The notes: generated from the letters alone by a model not told the origin. DNA of 64,000 nt from Macrostomum lignano (GCA_002269645.1 NIVC01000751.1:62001-126000), one strand, 5' to 3'; shown: positions 35,744 to 49,800, counted from the first letter of the stretch. Numbers and translations are program-made.

Positions 35744-36980
35744 CGAAGGGTGCTTATTAAGTTCCCGGAAAATGCAGCTTAAAAACGCGCCAATTAAACG
35801 AAACTTGACCAGCAGTTAGGGTCGGATGTTCTTCGTTTGCTTGTAAAATTTCAGCTTAATCGGTCGCAATGATCCGCCGCAGTGGCCAAAGTTTGGCTGA
35901 AAAAGTGCCCCCCTTGCCACAGCTGACTGACCGCGACAGGCGAGTGGCGATCCTGGTACAGTTTCGGCTGGGCAGCTCTGCGGCCACCTGCCTCCAGACG
36001 CTGCGTGAGGCTCTTCAGGATCAAGCACCATCCCAGTCGATGGTGTATGAGTGGTTTGCGTGCTTCCGCTGTGGCTCGGCCACTCTGGACGACGATCCTC
36101 GCGAGGGGCGGCCGAGTTCGGCCGTGTCCGACGGAGTCGTTGCTGCTGTTCGACGCCACGTGGACGAAGATCGGCGAGTGACGATTCGCTGGTTGGAGCA
36201 GCTCGTCGGGGTGTCGGATTCCACCATCATTAAGATCCTGCACCAGCACCTCGGCATGAGGAAGCTGTCCGCTCGCTGGGTACCCCACCAGCTCAGCGCT
36301 GACCAGATGCGAGCCCGAGTTGAGTTTGCCGACCTCATGGCGGCCAGGTTTGACGAAGGCCGCTCAAAGTTGGTGGATAACATCCTCACTAGCGACGAAA
36401 CATGGGTCTACTTCTATGACCCAGAGACCAAAGAGCAGAGTCGGCAGTGGGTTACCATCGAGGAAGATGCTCCTCTCAAATTTCGTCGCGAGCGCAGCGT
36501 CGGGAAAGTGATGGCGGCCGTTTTCTTCCGACGCAGAGGCATCCTGCCGCCAGTGCTGCTGCAGCAAGGCGCCACAGAGACAGAAGAATGGTACAGCACC
36601 GTCTGTTTGCCTCAGGTTCTGCAGGCGCTTGCACAACAGCGGCCGAAGACGCTTGACAAAGGCATCTTCCTCCATCAAGACAACGCTCCCGCGCACCGGG
36701 CACGAGTGACCCAGGAGTTCCTTCAGGCGACCGAGCTCGTCCAGCTGCCGCATCCGGCATATTCGCCGGACCTGGCGCCTGCTGACTTCTTCCTCTTTCC
36801 CAGAATAAAGAAAAATCTGAAGGGGAAGCGCTTCGACTCCAGGGAGGAGCTGGTTTTTGCGCTGCAAGCTGAGCTGGACAGCTTCACCAAAGCTTATCTC
36901 AGGCGGTGCTTCGATGCATGGTTCTAGCGCCTGCAAAAGTGCTCCGATTTGGGTGGAAATTATGTTGAGAAGTTATAAAG
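35744..36980 (+). mobile_element. mariner DD34D transposon, near-complete transposase (ORF 35869-36927)
   Basis: WVPHQL, TSDETW, HQDNAPAH, YSPDLAPAD with exactly 34 aa between the 2nd and 3rd D; left end TA|CGAAGGGTGCTTATTAAGTTCC; premature TAG at 36925 removes RLQKCSDLGGNYVEKL; right TIR not found. Confidence 0.95.
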
Positions 36981-37824
36981 TCACCAATATGGTTACGCAA
37001 TCTAAATCTAAATTCAATGGCGCTGGCTTGAATTGTGGAGTTGCGATAAAGTAGGGGTTTGCGATATTGGAGAGCGTACAATGAGTATATAAAGTAAAAT
37101 TCATAGGAATCTTCTTTTTAATGCTGTGCTTTTAATTTTTCGAATCTAAGCAAAGAAATTATATTCCCGAACTCAGCGTTTCAAGCACTTTCTAGCAATA
37201 CAAGGCTCTCTTCTGAAAGTAAAAAACTCGAAGCACAAACAACGATTGAACATTCCTGCTTTAAAGCATTCAAATTCATAAGGTGTACATTCAGCGCTAG
37301 CTACAGTGAGAGGCCTGCAAGTTGATGCATTGAAATTAACAACCAAGCCAGCCCATGAATAATTGAATAGCGACACTGGCCCCTCAATTAAAATGTGTTG
37401 CGCAACCTTTCAACGCTTGTAGCTCTCCACGCGAGTGTAGAGAACCAATGCTATAGTTGGCACTGAGTTATGATGCAATACAATTCCATCGGCAGTCAGA
37501 CTGCTTCTCAATCGGAAAGAACTGTTTGAACTTTAAAAAACAGGGAGAAAATCGAGTTTTTCGAATATTTAAGCCCGAAAAAATGAAGCAACTTCTTAGA
37601 AAAGTTTTGTGTACCAGCGCACCCTCAATACGCATCGAATGCAGAAAAACCCACGAAATTCCAACCATGTAGAGTCAAGTTAAGCGAAGGTTCCTATAGG
37701 TACATAGTTTTGATTTTTTGTATATTGGACTAGCAATCTACGCCCCCGTTGGGGAGCCAAAGAAATGCAAAACACGTTTTTTTAATAAGCTACATGTATC
37801 CTTGAAATCTTATGAAATCTGATT

Positions 37825-38075
37825 TTTACATGACGCTTTATTGATTTTTTCATGGCGCTTCTATGATTTTCTACATGACGCTTCTATGCTTTTTACATGA
37901 CGCTTCTATGATTGTTTACATGACGCTTCTATGATTTTTTTACATGACGCTTGAATGGGGAGAACTAAAGGTCGTGGAGACCCAGAACTAGGAGTCAGGA
38001 AAGGGAGAACTTAAAGGTCGTGAAGACCCAGAATAGGAGACTAAAGGGGAAATTTAAGGTCGTGCAGACCCCAAG
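37825..38075. repeat. short tandem arrays: ~23-bp TTTACATGACGCTTCTATG, then ~40-bp AAAGGTCGTG..AGACCC
   Basis: Direct reading. Confidence 0.75.
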
Positions 38076-38329
38076 AAAGCCGTGCAGGCTGATAAAACTT
38101 ATTAGACGCCAAGAAATTAGGCATTCATTAGGGGAATAAATTCGCTACCGCTGGACACCTTTGATCCTCGGAAAACGCAGACCTTTCGGATTGAATTAGG
38201 AAATTGGACAGTGTCTTACCGCTCAGGCACTACACGCTATCACGAGGTTTCTAAGAAATTACATGAATTATGTGTTTCTAGGAAAAATCGTAACTATCAA
38301 AGCACTGCTGACAGACAATGGACTTCATT

Positions 38330-39000
38330 TGCTTCAGTTTGCATGCAAAGTTCAGCGAGGAGCATTTACTCATGCACTTCGTAGCTTCACAGCAAAGCTG
38401 CATTTCTGTTCGCCAAAGGCTTACAAGTTCGTCCGGCGATTCCTCAAACTACCTGCCGCATCGACCATACGTAGATGGATGCGCAATGTCGACGCTAACC
38501 CAGGGATTTCGGAAACTGCGATCAGCAAAATACACAGCATCTGTACCCAGTCTCATTCGGATACCGATTGGGTGCTTCTAATCGATGCGATGGCAATAAG
38601 GAAGGGGACATGCTGGAGTAACGAAAAGAACTGTGTGACTAGCTATGAGGAGCTTGGGCCTAGTAACGAATAACGAAGTGATGCCAGAGAAGCTCTGGCT
38701 TCAGATGCAGTTGCCATCATGGCATGTAGCTTAGTCGGTGCCTGGAAGATTCCTGTTGCGTCGACATTGTGCGCGAGAAACACACCAGAGAAGCAGAAAC
38801 TTCTAATTATGAAGACGATCACAGCGAAAGCTACTGTTCGAGCAGTTGTCTCCGACTGCTGTCCTGTTAACATCTGCACACTGAAACAGATGGGCGCACA
38901 GTTGTTACAGAAGCCATGGTTCAATGTAGAATCTCAACAAGCTCGGATTTTCTACTTCCTGGACAACAGCCATCTGATCAAACTTGTTCGTGATGTGGCC
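38330..39000 (+). pseudogene. P-element/THAP9-like transposase fragment
   Basis: FTAKLHFCSPKAYKFVRRFLKLPAASTIRRW; LLIDAMAIRK; ALASDAVAIMA..WKIPVAS; VRAVVSDCCPVN; YFLDNSHLIKLVRD; internal stop. Confidence 0.9.
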
Positions 39001-39744
39001 GCAGCGTTCTGCTGCAAGCATAGGGCCGCAGTCACATCTTAGGCACTTCTGTCCGCTGCGCTGTATCTGGAATAGGAACTGTTCTGCCGCCTCCATGCAC
39101 TCTAAGCAGCCTTCCTTGGCGCTCAGAAGTTGCACAATATGGCGCAATCGAGTCGTCATAATGAGGCTTATTAACATAAGGAAATTAGGAAGTCTTTCTA
39201 GCCTAGTGTTAGTTAGTGGAAGCCGCCGAAATTTGGTGCTTGCCTGTACTGATGTTGCCTGGCCTGCCGCGTACGATCGCTGTGTACGCAAGTCTAGTTA
39301 GCTGCACTCCTCCCCTTGTGCGCTCGCTCAGAGCATATTCCCAGGCTAGCCAGACAATCCACTACACAAAAAATACGTGGCTAGCCAGGTGGCTCCACCG
39401 TGGGTCCACCTTGGCTAGCCCTTGCACCCGTGGACTCGGGGAATCAAATGAGTGAGTCAGACAGTTTCCCACGCTAAAAATAGCTTGTTGACGGGACCCA
39501 GCCAGGCGGCTGTGGAAAAGCAGACGCCAGAACTTGACTCGTATTGGTTGGCAAGATACATGGCACTAATTCAAAAAAAGAAAAAAAATTTTTTGGCGCC
39601 ATCGCGTGAGAACTAAATGCATTGACCTTGCCAGGGCGCTAAAATGGGCGCCCAAAGGCTGAAATTGGCGCCGGTATATTAAAATCGGCGCCAAAAAGTA
39701 GCAAGCTGATATATGCTGCCACTTCTACGCCCGTTGGCAAATTC

Positions 39745-40910
39745 CAGCGCTGATTCGGCGATCCTGGCGCCAATTTGGGGATCCTGGCGCCAAATTTAGC
39801 TTCCGGCGCCAATTCGAGCTTTCCCGCGCCAATTTGAGCTTTCCAGCGCTAGTTTGAGCTTTCCAGGGCTAGTTTGAGCTTCCTAGGGCTGGTTTGGGCC
39901 TTCTTGAGTTGATTTGGGGTTCCTGGCGCCAAATTTAGCTTCCGGCGCCAATTCGAGCTTTCCCGCGCCAATTCGAGCTTTCCCGCGCCAATTTGAGCTT
40001 TCCAGCGCTAGTTTGAGCTTTCCAGGGCTAGTTTGAGCTTCCTAGGGCTCCTAGGGCTGGTTTGGGCCTTCTTGAGTTGATTTGGGGTTTCTGGCGCCAA
40101 TTTGGGGATCCTGGCGCCAAATTTAGCTTCCGGCGCCAATTTGAGCTTTCCAGCGCTATTTTGAGCTTTCCAGGGCTAGTTTGGGTCCTCTCGCGCTGAT
40201 TTAAGCATTTCAGCGCTGATTCGGCGATCCTGGCGCCAATTTGGGGATCCTGGCGCCAAATTTAGCTTCCGGCGCCAATTCGAGCTTTCCCGCGCCAATT
40301 TGAGCTTTCCAGCGCTAGTTTGAGCTTCCTAGGGCTGGTTTGGGCCTTCTTGAGTTGATTTGGGGTTCCTGGCGCCAATTTGGGGATCCTGGCGCCAAAT
40401 TTAGCTTCCGGCGCCAATTCGAGCTTTCCCGCGCGAATTTGAGCTTTCCAGCGCTATTTTGAGCTTTCCAGGGCTAGTTTGGGTCCTCTCGCGCTGATTT
40501 CAGCATTCCAGCGCTGATTCGGCGATCCTGGCGCCAATTTGGGGATCCTGGCGCCAAATTTAGCTTCCGGCGCCAATTCGAGCTTTCCCGCGCCAATTTG
40601 AGCTTTCCAGCGCTATTTTGAGCTTTCCAGGGCTAGTTTGGGTCCTCTCGCGCTGATTTCAGCATTCCAGCGCTGATTCGGCGATCCTGGCGCCAATTTG
40701 GGGATCCTGGCGCCAAATTTAGCTTCCGGCGCCAATTCGAGCTTTCCCGCGCCAATTTGAGCTTTCCAGCGCTATTTTGAGCTTTCCAGGGCTAGTTTGG
40801 GTCCTCTCGCGCTGATTTCAGCATTTCAGCGCTGATTCGGCGATCCTGGCGCCAATTTGGGGATCCTGGCGCCAAATTTAGCTTCCGGCGCCAATTCGAG
40901 CTTTCCCGCG
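39745..40910. repeat. 159-bp higher-order satellite built of GGCGCCAA/GAGCTT subunits
   Basis: GCGCTGATTCGGCG anchor at 40511, 40670 and 40829 (period 159). Confidence 0.9.
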
Positions 40911-40914
40911 CTTT

Positions 40915-41790
40915 TAAAGCTTTTAAAGTTAGTCTGCTTTTCGTCAGCAAGACAGCCACCCCAACCTCCGTCTCTCTCCTTCCTGGCCACTAGACAGATG
41001 TGTGAAAGGGGTTTAAAATTGACTAACTTTCAGCTGACACAAGTATGCTCCACGTATATTTCAGATTCCAGATCCCAGATCTCAGATCCCAGTTTTCAGG
41101 TTCCAGATCCCAGATCTCAGATTCCAGATCCCAGATCTCAGATCTTAAATCTCAGATTTCAGATTCCAGATCTCAGATTCCAGATTCAATTGAATTCAAT
41201 TCAAGTTTGCTCCACGTATACAGCCATTGACTTCAAACTTTATACAATTCTTCAATGACTTATTATTTGTCGAAATATAAAGTCCAAACTTTGTACTTTT
41301 TGACACAACTATTTGAACAACTATTTTGACACAATCGTATAAAGTTTCGAGTCTCTAAGTTAATTCTGAACGGCACTGTGTACTTTTAAAGTTAGTCTGC
41401 TTTTCGTCAGCGAGACAGCCACCCCAACCTCCGTCTCTCTCCTTCCTGGCCACTAGACAGATGTGTGAAAGGGGTTTAAAATTGAATAACTTTCAGCTGA
41501 CACAAGTTTGCTCCACGTATACAGCGATTGACTTCAAACTTTATACAATTCTTTATTGACTCATTCTCTGTATAAATATAAAGTCTCAACTTTGTACTTC
41601 AGTTAGAACAGAAACTGTAGGCATGTGAAGTTTGTCTGCTTTTTGTTGTTTGTGCTACTGCACTCACTCATTCCCCCAAGATCAATAGGGATAACTGTGA
41701 GGGAAAGTTGAAATAATTTTTTATAGCCTTCTCTGGTAACGTTAAGCCATGACAGTACAGTAAGGAATTCAACTACTGTCCTACTACGAG
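40915..41790 (+). repeat. partial tandem copies of the family at 55239-56895, one with a (TCAGATC/TTCCAGA)n expansion at ~41060-41190
   Basis: TTTTAAAGTTAG..CCACCCCAACCTCCG..GATTGACTTCAAACTT at ~40915 and ~41385, matching ~55595 and ~56117. Confidence 0.8.
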
Positions 41791-42779
41791 CTATCTGATT
41801 GCGACTTGAGAGTATTCCCCCCACAATGACAAACTGACCTTCCAAGCACTTGAACTGATGAGCCAGCAGATTTGTCTGTCTTGTGTGTCTGACCATACGC
41901 TCGTATATATTCTATATGTACTAATAAACATTATAAATTCTAATTCTAAATTCTAGTATATTATATATAGTCGAATAGTTTTCCCATAAAAGTTTGAACG
42001 CTGACTTGCAAGCAGCCTACTGGGAGTTATCGTACATTGAGAGAGGGCCACCGTTCTACACCCACCCCAAAACTGAGCACGCGGGCCAATGAGAATTCTC
42101 CCACGGTGAGTTAGGCAAGCCAACCCCTCCCTTTGATTAATGAGCCTCTCGCTTTTTGATTCAACGACGGCCACCACCCACGGTGTAAGTTAATTTGTGG
42201 CTTTATTCACCAGTATCAAGGAGCTTATATAAAGAGCTGGAAAGAAAAGGCTATCCTTGTCTCATTTTAAGCATAGGCCTGCATAGAGTATAAATATTTG
42301 AGCGCAAGCTTAACGGCTATACTTGGTTATTTTTAATTTGTCTTTAAATACAGGTAAGTTCAAGGAATCGAATAATTTTAAAGCGAAAATGCCACTGTTT
42401 GAATAATTCTTAGTAAAATTCAGTTTTGCTGCAAGCGCACGATATCAAGTTTTTTCAATGGAATATATTAGATTAATCTTTTAACGAGCGTCATAAGACT
42501 TGGCGCCACGTTTTTTTGATTGTGATTTTCGCTTGCACAAATTGTGGATGGCATTTTGAACTTTAAAATTGTTCGACTTCCTAGAGTCTTACTCTGATAA
42601 TACGCTTCATAATAACCAATATTTGCTTAGTTATAAGCATATATAGTGAGTTTTAAGCTATGCGCATTTAGTTATAACAGACTTAGACATTTATTATAGG
42701 TGGATATTTACAGTTCATAATAAGCTATATATATATATTTAGTAATAAGCTATATATAGTTATTTCTGTCATATCTGTT

Positions 42780-43690
42780 ATCTATCCTAGTGTCTATCTT
42801 AGTGTCTGTCCCAATGTCTTTCTTAGTGTCTGTCTTACTCCACTTCTCTCCCGTTGTCTCTCCTCTGCTCTCTCTCCCGTCTTCTTTCCTCTCTTAGTAC
42901 TCTCATGGCTGTTCTCATGCTTTGATCATGTCTTCTTTCTTGCCAATTTGCAGTCCTGAAAGGAATTTGTGTATTTTCATCTCCACTGCAGTCTGCAGCA
43001 GTTTAACAACAAAGGAAATACGCATTTCTTAGGAGGAAATTTAAAATTCAAAGTACTTTTAAGAGAAACCTAAAATTTCCATGGTGTGACTAATTTAGTA
43101 GGGTTGTATTGCATTGCATCGCCTTTTCATAAATCTTTCGCTTTTACAAACCATACTGAATTCCCTCGATTTGCCATCCACTGTTAAACTGCTGCAGAGT
43201 TTGCCAATACAGAGGACAGTGGTTAGAATTCCTCACCAAACTGTCACGGCTAAACGTAGCCTTTCCACGCGCGGGGGTACACAGAAGGCTATTAAAAAGT
43301 TATTCTAAAACACGGTACATTTGCTATGTACATTCAGCCCTATCGCCTGACCCTTCGTCTGGGCTGGGGGAATGAGTGAGTGAGTGGCAAAAACAACAGA
43401 AAAAGCAGACAAACTTCACATGCTTACAGTTTCTTTTTCGGTTGAGTTACAGAGTTGAAACTTCCTATTTCAACTTGAAATTAAAACTTAAATATTGAAA
43501 CTAATCAATCAGCAGCCCTAAGAGGAATTTGTGTATCTCCAGCTCCATCACAGTCTGCGGCAGTGTAACAACCAAGGAAATATGCATTTTTAGGAGGCCA
43601 TTTAGATTTAAAAAATTACCTTATGCGAATCTTAATGTTAAAATCTTCATGGCGTAACTAATTTAGTAGGATTACATAGCCATCCACTTT
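42780..43690 (-). repeat. inverted copy of the 3' part of the 55239-56895 family, with its purine-rich tail
   Basis: 42895-43480 is the reverse complement of ~56300-56895 (e.g. AAGGAAATACGCATTTCTT); TC-rich tract at 42830-42895. Confidence 0.8.
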
Positions 43691-44206
43691 TCTCTTTCCC
43701 ACCGTTTCTAGTGCTCCCAAAGCACACAAATTTTTCCTATACACAAGCAATATACTGAACACAGACCTTTAAATCCAGGAGGTTCACCCTGAGTATCTGA
43801 GTGACCTGCGAGACAACTAGGAAGAGTAGGCTACTAAAAGTAGTATGAGGAGGACATGTGCACTATGGTTTCTAGACATACACTAGCATCATGTTTTAAG
43901 TGACGCAATTCAACAATAAAGTTTCAAGATGGCGCGAAAAATGGTCCTTTTCCACTCACACATTTCTGTGTTTTCTGGTTTTCTGGTTTCTGGTTTCAAA
44001 GAAACATTTCTGGTTTCTTTTCCAGATGGATGCAGCACCACCACCGCCGCCGCCGCCACCGCCGCCGCCACCGCCGCGGCTGCCTCGGCGCATTCGCCGG
44101 CTGAGAAGCAGCGGCTTGAGGCTGAAATAATAGGATGCAATAACTCCATGCAAAGAATGCAAAGCCACTAAAATAATATTGCGCTGGCAGCCAAATGCGT
44201 ATTTCT

Positions 44207-44808
44207 TGAAGAGAGGGGCTGGGCTATCTGATTGTGGGGAAAGTTTTCGGAATTTTTTAAACAGAAACTACAGACAAATAGACAGACAGACATACAGAAG
44301 GACAGACAGACAGACAGACATACAGAAGGACAGACAGACATACATACATACAGGACAGATAGACAGACAGACATACATACATACAGGACAGACAGACAGA
44401 CAGACATACATACATACATACAGGACAGACAGACAGACAGACATACAAAAGGACAGACAGACAGACATACAGAAAGACAGACAGACAGACAGACATACAG
44501 AAGGACAGACAGACATACATACATACAGGACAGACAGACAGACATACATACATACAGGACAGACAGACAGACAGACATACAAAAGGACAGACAGACAGAC
44601 ATGCAGAAGGACAGACAGACAGACAGACAGACATAAAGATAGACAGATAATTCCTAGAACTTTCCCCACAATCAGATATGAACCCTCGGGGCAAAAGGGG
44701 TTGATGCGTCTTGTTGATTGTTTTATTGCGATTGTTTTGTTGATTGTTGTAAGTTTTAAGTTTTATAACTAAAAATGGTTCGCCCCGAGGGTTCTTACCC
44801 AGCCCCCT
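44207..44808. mobile_element. MITE/HINE-like element with nested inverted repeats around a (GACA/CATA)n microsatellite
   Basis: Perfect 20-bp IR 44226-44245/44658-44677; 13-bp IR 44680-44692/44782-44794; outer GGGGCTGGG/CCCAGCCCC (44215/44798). Confidence 0.7.
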
Positions 44809-46059
44809 TTTTGGATTAAAAATCTTTACCTTCAATTTCTTCCTTATTTATTGATCATACCATAGTATAAGCTTGGCAAGTTGTAATCAGTAAAAAAGCA
44901 TTGCACACTGTTACGATTTACATTAAAAAAAATATTACTTAGGACTGCTGTTCAATGCAACCAATTAAGTTCAATTCCAGCACCCCAGCAGCCTTGGTTT
45001 GGCCACTCGGCTACGTTCTGATACTTGGCGGCACTGCATCCTACCATCCTACGAGTTATTGCATCCTACTACAACAGATAAGTACATTCCATCCACAATT
45101 GACTCGTTCGTCTTAAGCAAATACCCTCCAGAATCCACCCTGGGTCTTCAGCAATATGTAACAAAGACAAAACTAACCAGTTAAAAACATTTTGCACTCT
45201 CATTCAGATTCTGCCCGATCGCTACGAGGGCTTCGAGCGCGCTCTGCCGTTGCCGGAGCTCTGGGCTGCCGGCTTTTTAATCTAGCCGGACCTGGGGCCC
45301 AGGATATTCAACGCCTATGGCCTGGCCGCTGCGATGCCATAGGGGCACCACAAATCTGCACCTGGATACCTGGATACTTTTGTCACCATAGCAAAACGAG
45401 TTGAAAGTGAGAAGCATATGAATGCTTATTTAAAACCAGTTTAATTATTGGTTTAGTAACTTTAGTTCAGTGAAAACAGAATTAACTAACATTGACAATT
45501 TTAATATCTTCGCTATAGCTACCATAAAGCTCTCTAGTCATGCTACGCTATAAATTTACACTGAATGTTGACTGTTTACATACGTTACCAATTAATGAGC
45601 AATTAACTGATATCCACAGTCACTTATTACTCTGTATCCATGACAATACCTGTAAACTATTTTTTACTACTTAAATCCATCACAATAGTAATCAATATTT
45701 TATTGCCTAATAAGTGAGATATCTTTTAATTCCATAATGTCAAATCCTATTTTACAATTCAATACATATCAGTTTTCAAATATCAATTCTCTACTTTTAT
45801 TCGATTTATTTTATACTGTACTTCGATTTATTTATATTGATGCACTGCTTTATTACTCGCACACCATTATATACAAACTGTAACCAATACTGTAAAAATA
45901 TTTGAAATATAATAATACATAGTGGCGTAAGAGCCGGCCAAGCTGAAGCGCCGGGCATCCTATATATCCTAAAAATGAGTTGTCTGTATCTTATATAATA
46001 AAAATGAGTTGCCTGTCGGTATTCTTTTCTAAGGCCCAAATACCAGTGCTTACTTTTAG

Positions 46060-47140
46060 TGCTAAAATGAGTGCCTGTGGTGCTAAAATGAGTGCCTGCG
46101 GCGCTAAAATGAGTGCCTGCGGCGCTAAAATGAGTGTCTGCGGCGCTAAAATGAGTGTCTGCTGCGCTAAAATGAGTGTCTGCTGCGCTAAAATGAGTGA
46201 CTGCGGCGCTAAAATGACTGCCTGCGGCGCTAAAATGAGTGCCTGCGGTGCTAAAATGAGTGCCTGCGGTGCTAAAATGAGTGCCTGCGGTGCTAAAATG
46301 AGTGCCTGCGGCGCTAAAATGAGCTTGCCTGCGGTGCTAAAATGAGTGACTGCGGCGCTAAAATGAGTGACTGCGGTGCTAAAATGAGTGCCTGCGGTGC
46401 TAAAATGAGTGACTGCGGCGCTAAAATGAGTGCCTGCGGTGCTAAAATGAGTGCATGTGGTGCTAAAATGAGTGCCTGCGGTGCTAAAATGAGTGCCTGT
46501 GGTGCTAAAATGAGTGCCTGCGGTGCTAAAATGAGTGCCTGTGGTGCTAAAAGGAGTGCCTGTGGTGCTAAAATGAGTGCCTGCGGTGCTAAAATGAGTG
46601 CCTGCGGTGCTAAAATGAGTGCCTGCGGTGCTAAAATGAGTGCCTGTGGTGCTAAAAGGAGTGCCTGTGGTGCTAAAATGAGTGCCTGCGGTGCTAAAAT
46701 GAGTGCCTGTGGTGCTAAAATGAGTGCCTGCGGTGCTAAAATGAGTGCCTGTGGTGCTAAAAGGAGTGCCTGTGGTGCTAAAATGAGTGACTGCGGCGCT
46801 AAAATGAGTGCCTGCGGTGCTAAAATGAGTGCCTGTGGTGCTAAAATGAGTGCCTGCGGTGCTAAAATGAGTGCCTGCGGTGCTAAAATGAGTGCCTGCG
46901 GTGCTAAAATGAGTGCCTGTGGTGCTAAAATGAGTGCCTGCGGTGCTAAAATGAGTGCCTGCGGTGCTAAAATGAGTGCCTGCGGTGCTAAAATGAGTGC
47001 CTGCGGTGCTAAAATGAGTGCCTGTGGTGCTAAAAGGAGTGCCTGTGGTGCTAAAATGAGTGCCTGTGGTGCTAAAATGAGTGCCTGCGGTGCTAAAATG
47101 AGTGACTGCGGCGCTAAAATGAGTGCCTGCGGCGCTAAAA
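46060..47140. repeat. 21-bp minisatellite GCTAAAATGAGTGCCTGCGGT, ~50 copies
   Basis: Direct reading; produces the (MSACGAK)n and (LILAPQA)n ORFs. Confidence 0.97.
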
Positions 47141-49800
47141 CTGATTTTGTTGCATTCGGGAATACAAATGGCATACTGAAAACATTAAAAAACCTTGCTG
47201 CAGTCACTTACATGTACTTACCTAACGATGGCTGTAGTAACTGTATACCACCTGACTGGGACAGAACTTCAGAACATACCGGATTGGGGAATTAGAGATA
47301 TGCGCAGTCTAGATGTATCTACAATTTGTAAAACCTTGCTACGTACTTGTACTTCAGGAATACTAACGTACTCATTCCTTGCCGCCGTTATTTAGACTAG
47401 CATGCCTTTGCAATAAACAACACAGTCTAGACGGACTGCAGAAAGTGCATAAATACTTAAATTGGTTTTCCGTTAAACTTGTTGCTTTCGAGTTTATCGA
47501 GTTTATTCGAGTTCAAAATGGTTTTCGAGGTTGTGAAATTTCGAGTTTATGAAAATAACTGGTTTCGATGTGAAATTTCGAGCTTGTGAAAGTGTAGTGA
47601 CCTTCGCGAAAGTTCGATGCATTTGAATTATTTAATTTCTAGAAATTTCCCCGTAGAGTACAAATTAAATTCTCGAAATTTCTCTCACAGTAACTAATTT
47701 CAATACTCGCATTTATAATTATTCAATGTATAATTTATTACAGTAAATCAGTACTACAATCGATACAAATCTAATAGGAATCAACAATTAATATTTGTTT
47801 TGTTATAATGCTTAAAATTTTCTAGAAGTTTCCGGCGATGCTCCTGATGGCTATAAATATACGGTGCCCACAGCGGATAATCTTTACTTCTTCCTTACTT
47901 CTTACTCCGCTGTCTTTTAAACAAATATAATACGAACCACCGCCTAGCTCTTTCCTTTTCTTTTATTTACTTTAAACACTTACAAAAGCAACCCACGATA
48001 CATTGATCTGTGAATACAATCAATACATTAAATAAAAGCAGTCAGATTCAGAGATCCTGTAATTGTTTTAGAGGATGATTTCCATGAAAATACACTGGAG
48101 AATATATCATTAACAAAATATATTACCCAAAGCATTTCATTCTGAAGGATGAAGACTACCATTATTTTAATATAGCGTGCACAACATGTTACTCTACTTT
48201 ATTTTATATGCTAATAGTTGCGCGTTAATAAGTTTCATCATCCTAGTTTTCATTTTTAATACACTTATGAATTTTTTTACTGTTGTGTCCCTTCTTCACA
48301 CTTTATATGCTACATTATATATATACTTGTTTCAAGACAAAGCAAAACAAAATATTTCGGCTACTGATACTAATGTCACTAGTGAGTATTTATAACCTTT
48401 GGCTTGTAAAAATCTAAAAAAGAATTATATCTAAATTATATTCAGATTAAATCTAAATATAATCTATATTAAACAAAAACTTTTTAAACCCAACAGGCAA
48501 CATACATGTATAAAATACAACAGACTGACATGCTTTGCATCCTAAATTAAAAGAATGGTAGTCTTCATTAACCGAGATCAAATGCTATCGCTTGATTTTG
48601 TGATGCAAAAATGACGCTTTTCCTGTCTCCGCATCCGCACTGTTATTTTTGATGGATATTAGCCTCCAAAAATTATAAAATTGCACGGCGAATGCCGCGA
48701 ATGTACTGCCTGAGGTCTTGAGAAAGTGTCTGAATAATTTTACTTTACTCTAGAACTGTATTAAATGCATGACAATTCATAATAACAATTAGGCTGCATT
48801 CTCATATGAACTTTAAAAATCATAAATTTATGATACATTAAATAAAAAGTAACTGAGTTCTTGTTGTCAACAGCTACGGAAAACATTAACAAAACTGAAC
48901 TTACCTATCGATTTTTTTACTCGTCCATGATAAAAGCAGGGGAGTTTTTAAGTTTTATTACAATACATAAAACATTTAAGACTTTTTTACCAGAAAAAAT
49001 GTATCTAAGGTGGCACAACAGTTAAACTTTCAAATATAGATTCTTTTTTAATAATTACGATACGTCGAAATGGTACCGGTATAATTGATCTTCGACTTCA
49101 ATGACAATAAATATGACAGGAACTAAATGTGCTTCACCCTAAGTGTTACAAAATATTACTAAGTGTTCAATATTAGCACTGCTAGACTCAAACCGTGCCA
49201 AAACAAAAACAAACCAAAAAAACACAGACCATGAGTGATGAGTGCATGACTTCATGAGAGTTACTTAACTTTAGGCCTGCAACTGCCACATTAATGGACT
49301 GCCACATCGCTAACTTGCAGGCGGTTGAGCTTGCTGCTGATATTGGCAGCTGTGTGAGCTGTGAGCGCGTGCATGCAAGGAGCCTACCTGTGCTGTGCAT
49401 CTTAGTATTAAGGCTATTGGCTAACCCGATAATAAATCAATTTGGCTTATGAGTGGCTCTCCAATGCATTATCACCAGCTTAATCACTTAAATTCTACAA
49501 ACCCAAAATGAGCTACTGATTTAAAGTACTATGATTACAGACAAAGTATGAATGCTAATACTAAATTTCAAAAAATCATTTCCACCGTTTTTATTTATGT
49601 TCGAATAAATAATACTTTTTACTCTTTCAATACTACTTTTCTAATCCGCGTATTTTCATCGCTTAAACTTAATAATCCTCTAATTTTAATAGTAATAATC
49701 CTTACCATAATTTAATGTTGTTCACTTAAATTCTAATTTTTGGTCTTCTGCCTGTTCTGCTTTTTTTACACCCACAATACTTACATTAAGAAAATATTTT

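Noticed and set aside
37398-37425. TTGCGCAACCTTTCAACGCTTGTA as the right TIR of the 35744 mariner
   Set aside because: Not complementary to the left terminus and ~420 bp beyond the ORF end; at most the end of another element.
44030-44171. Poly-Pro/poly-Ala coding-like segment after a TTTTCCAG acceptor
   Set aside because: A CCG/CCA trinucleotide run explains it; both frames stop quickly and there is no homology cue.
46314-47295. 317-aa (MSACGAK)n and 297-aa (LILAPQA)n ORFs
   Set aside because: A 21-bp repeat lacking stops in these frames; no unique domain.
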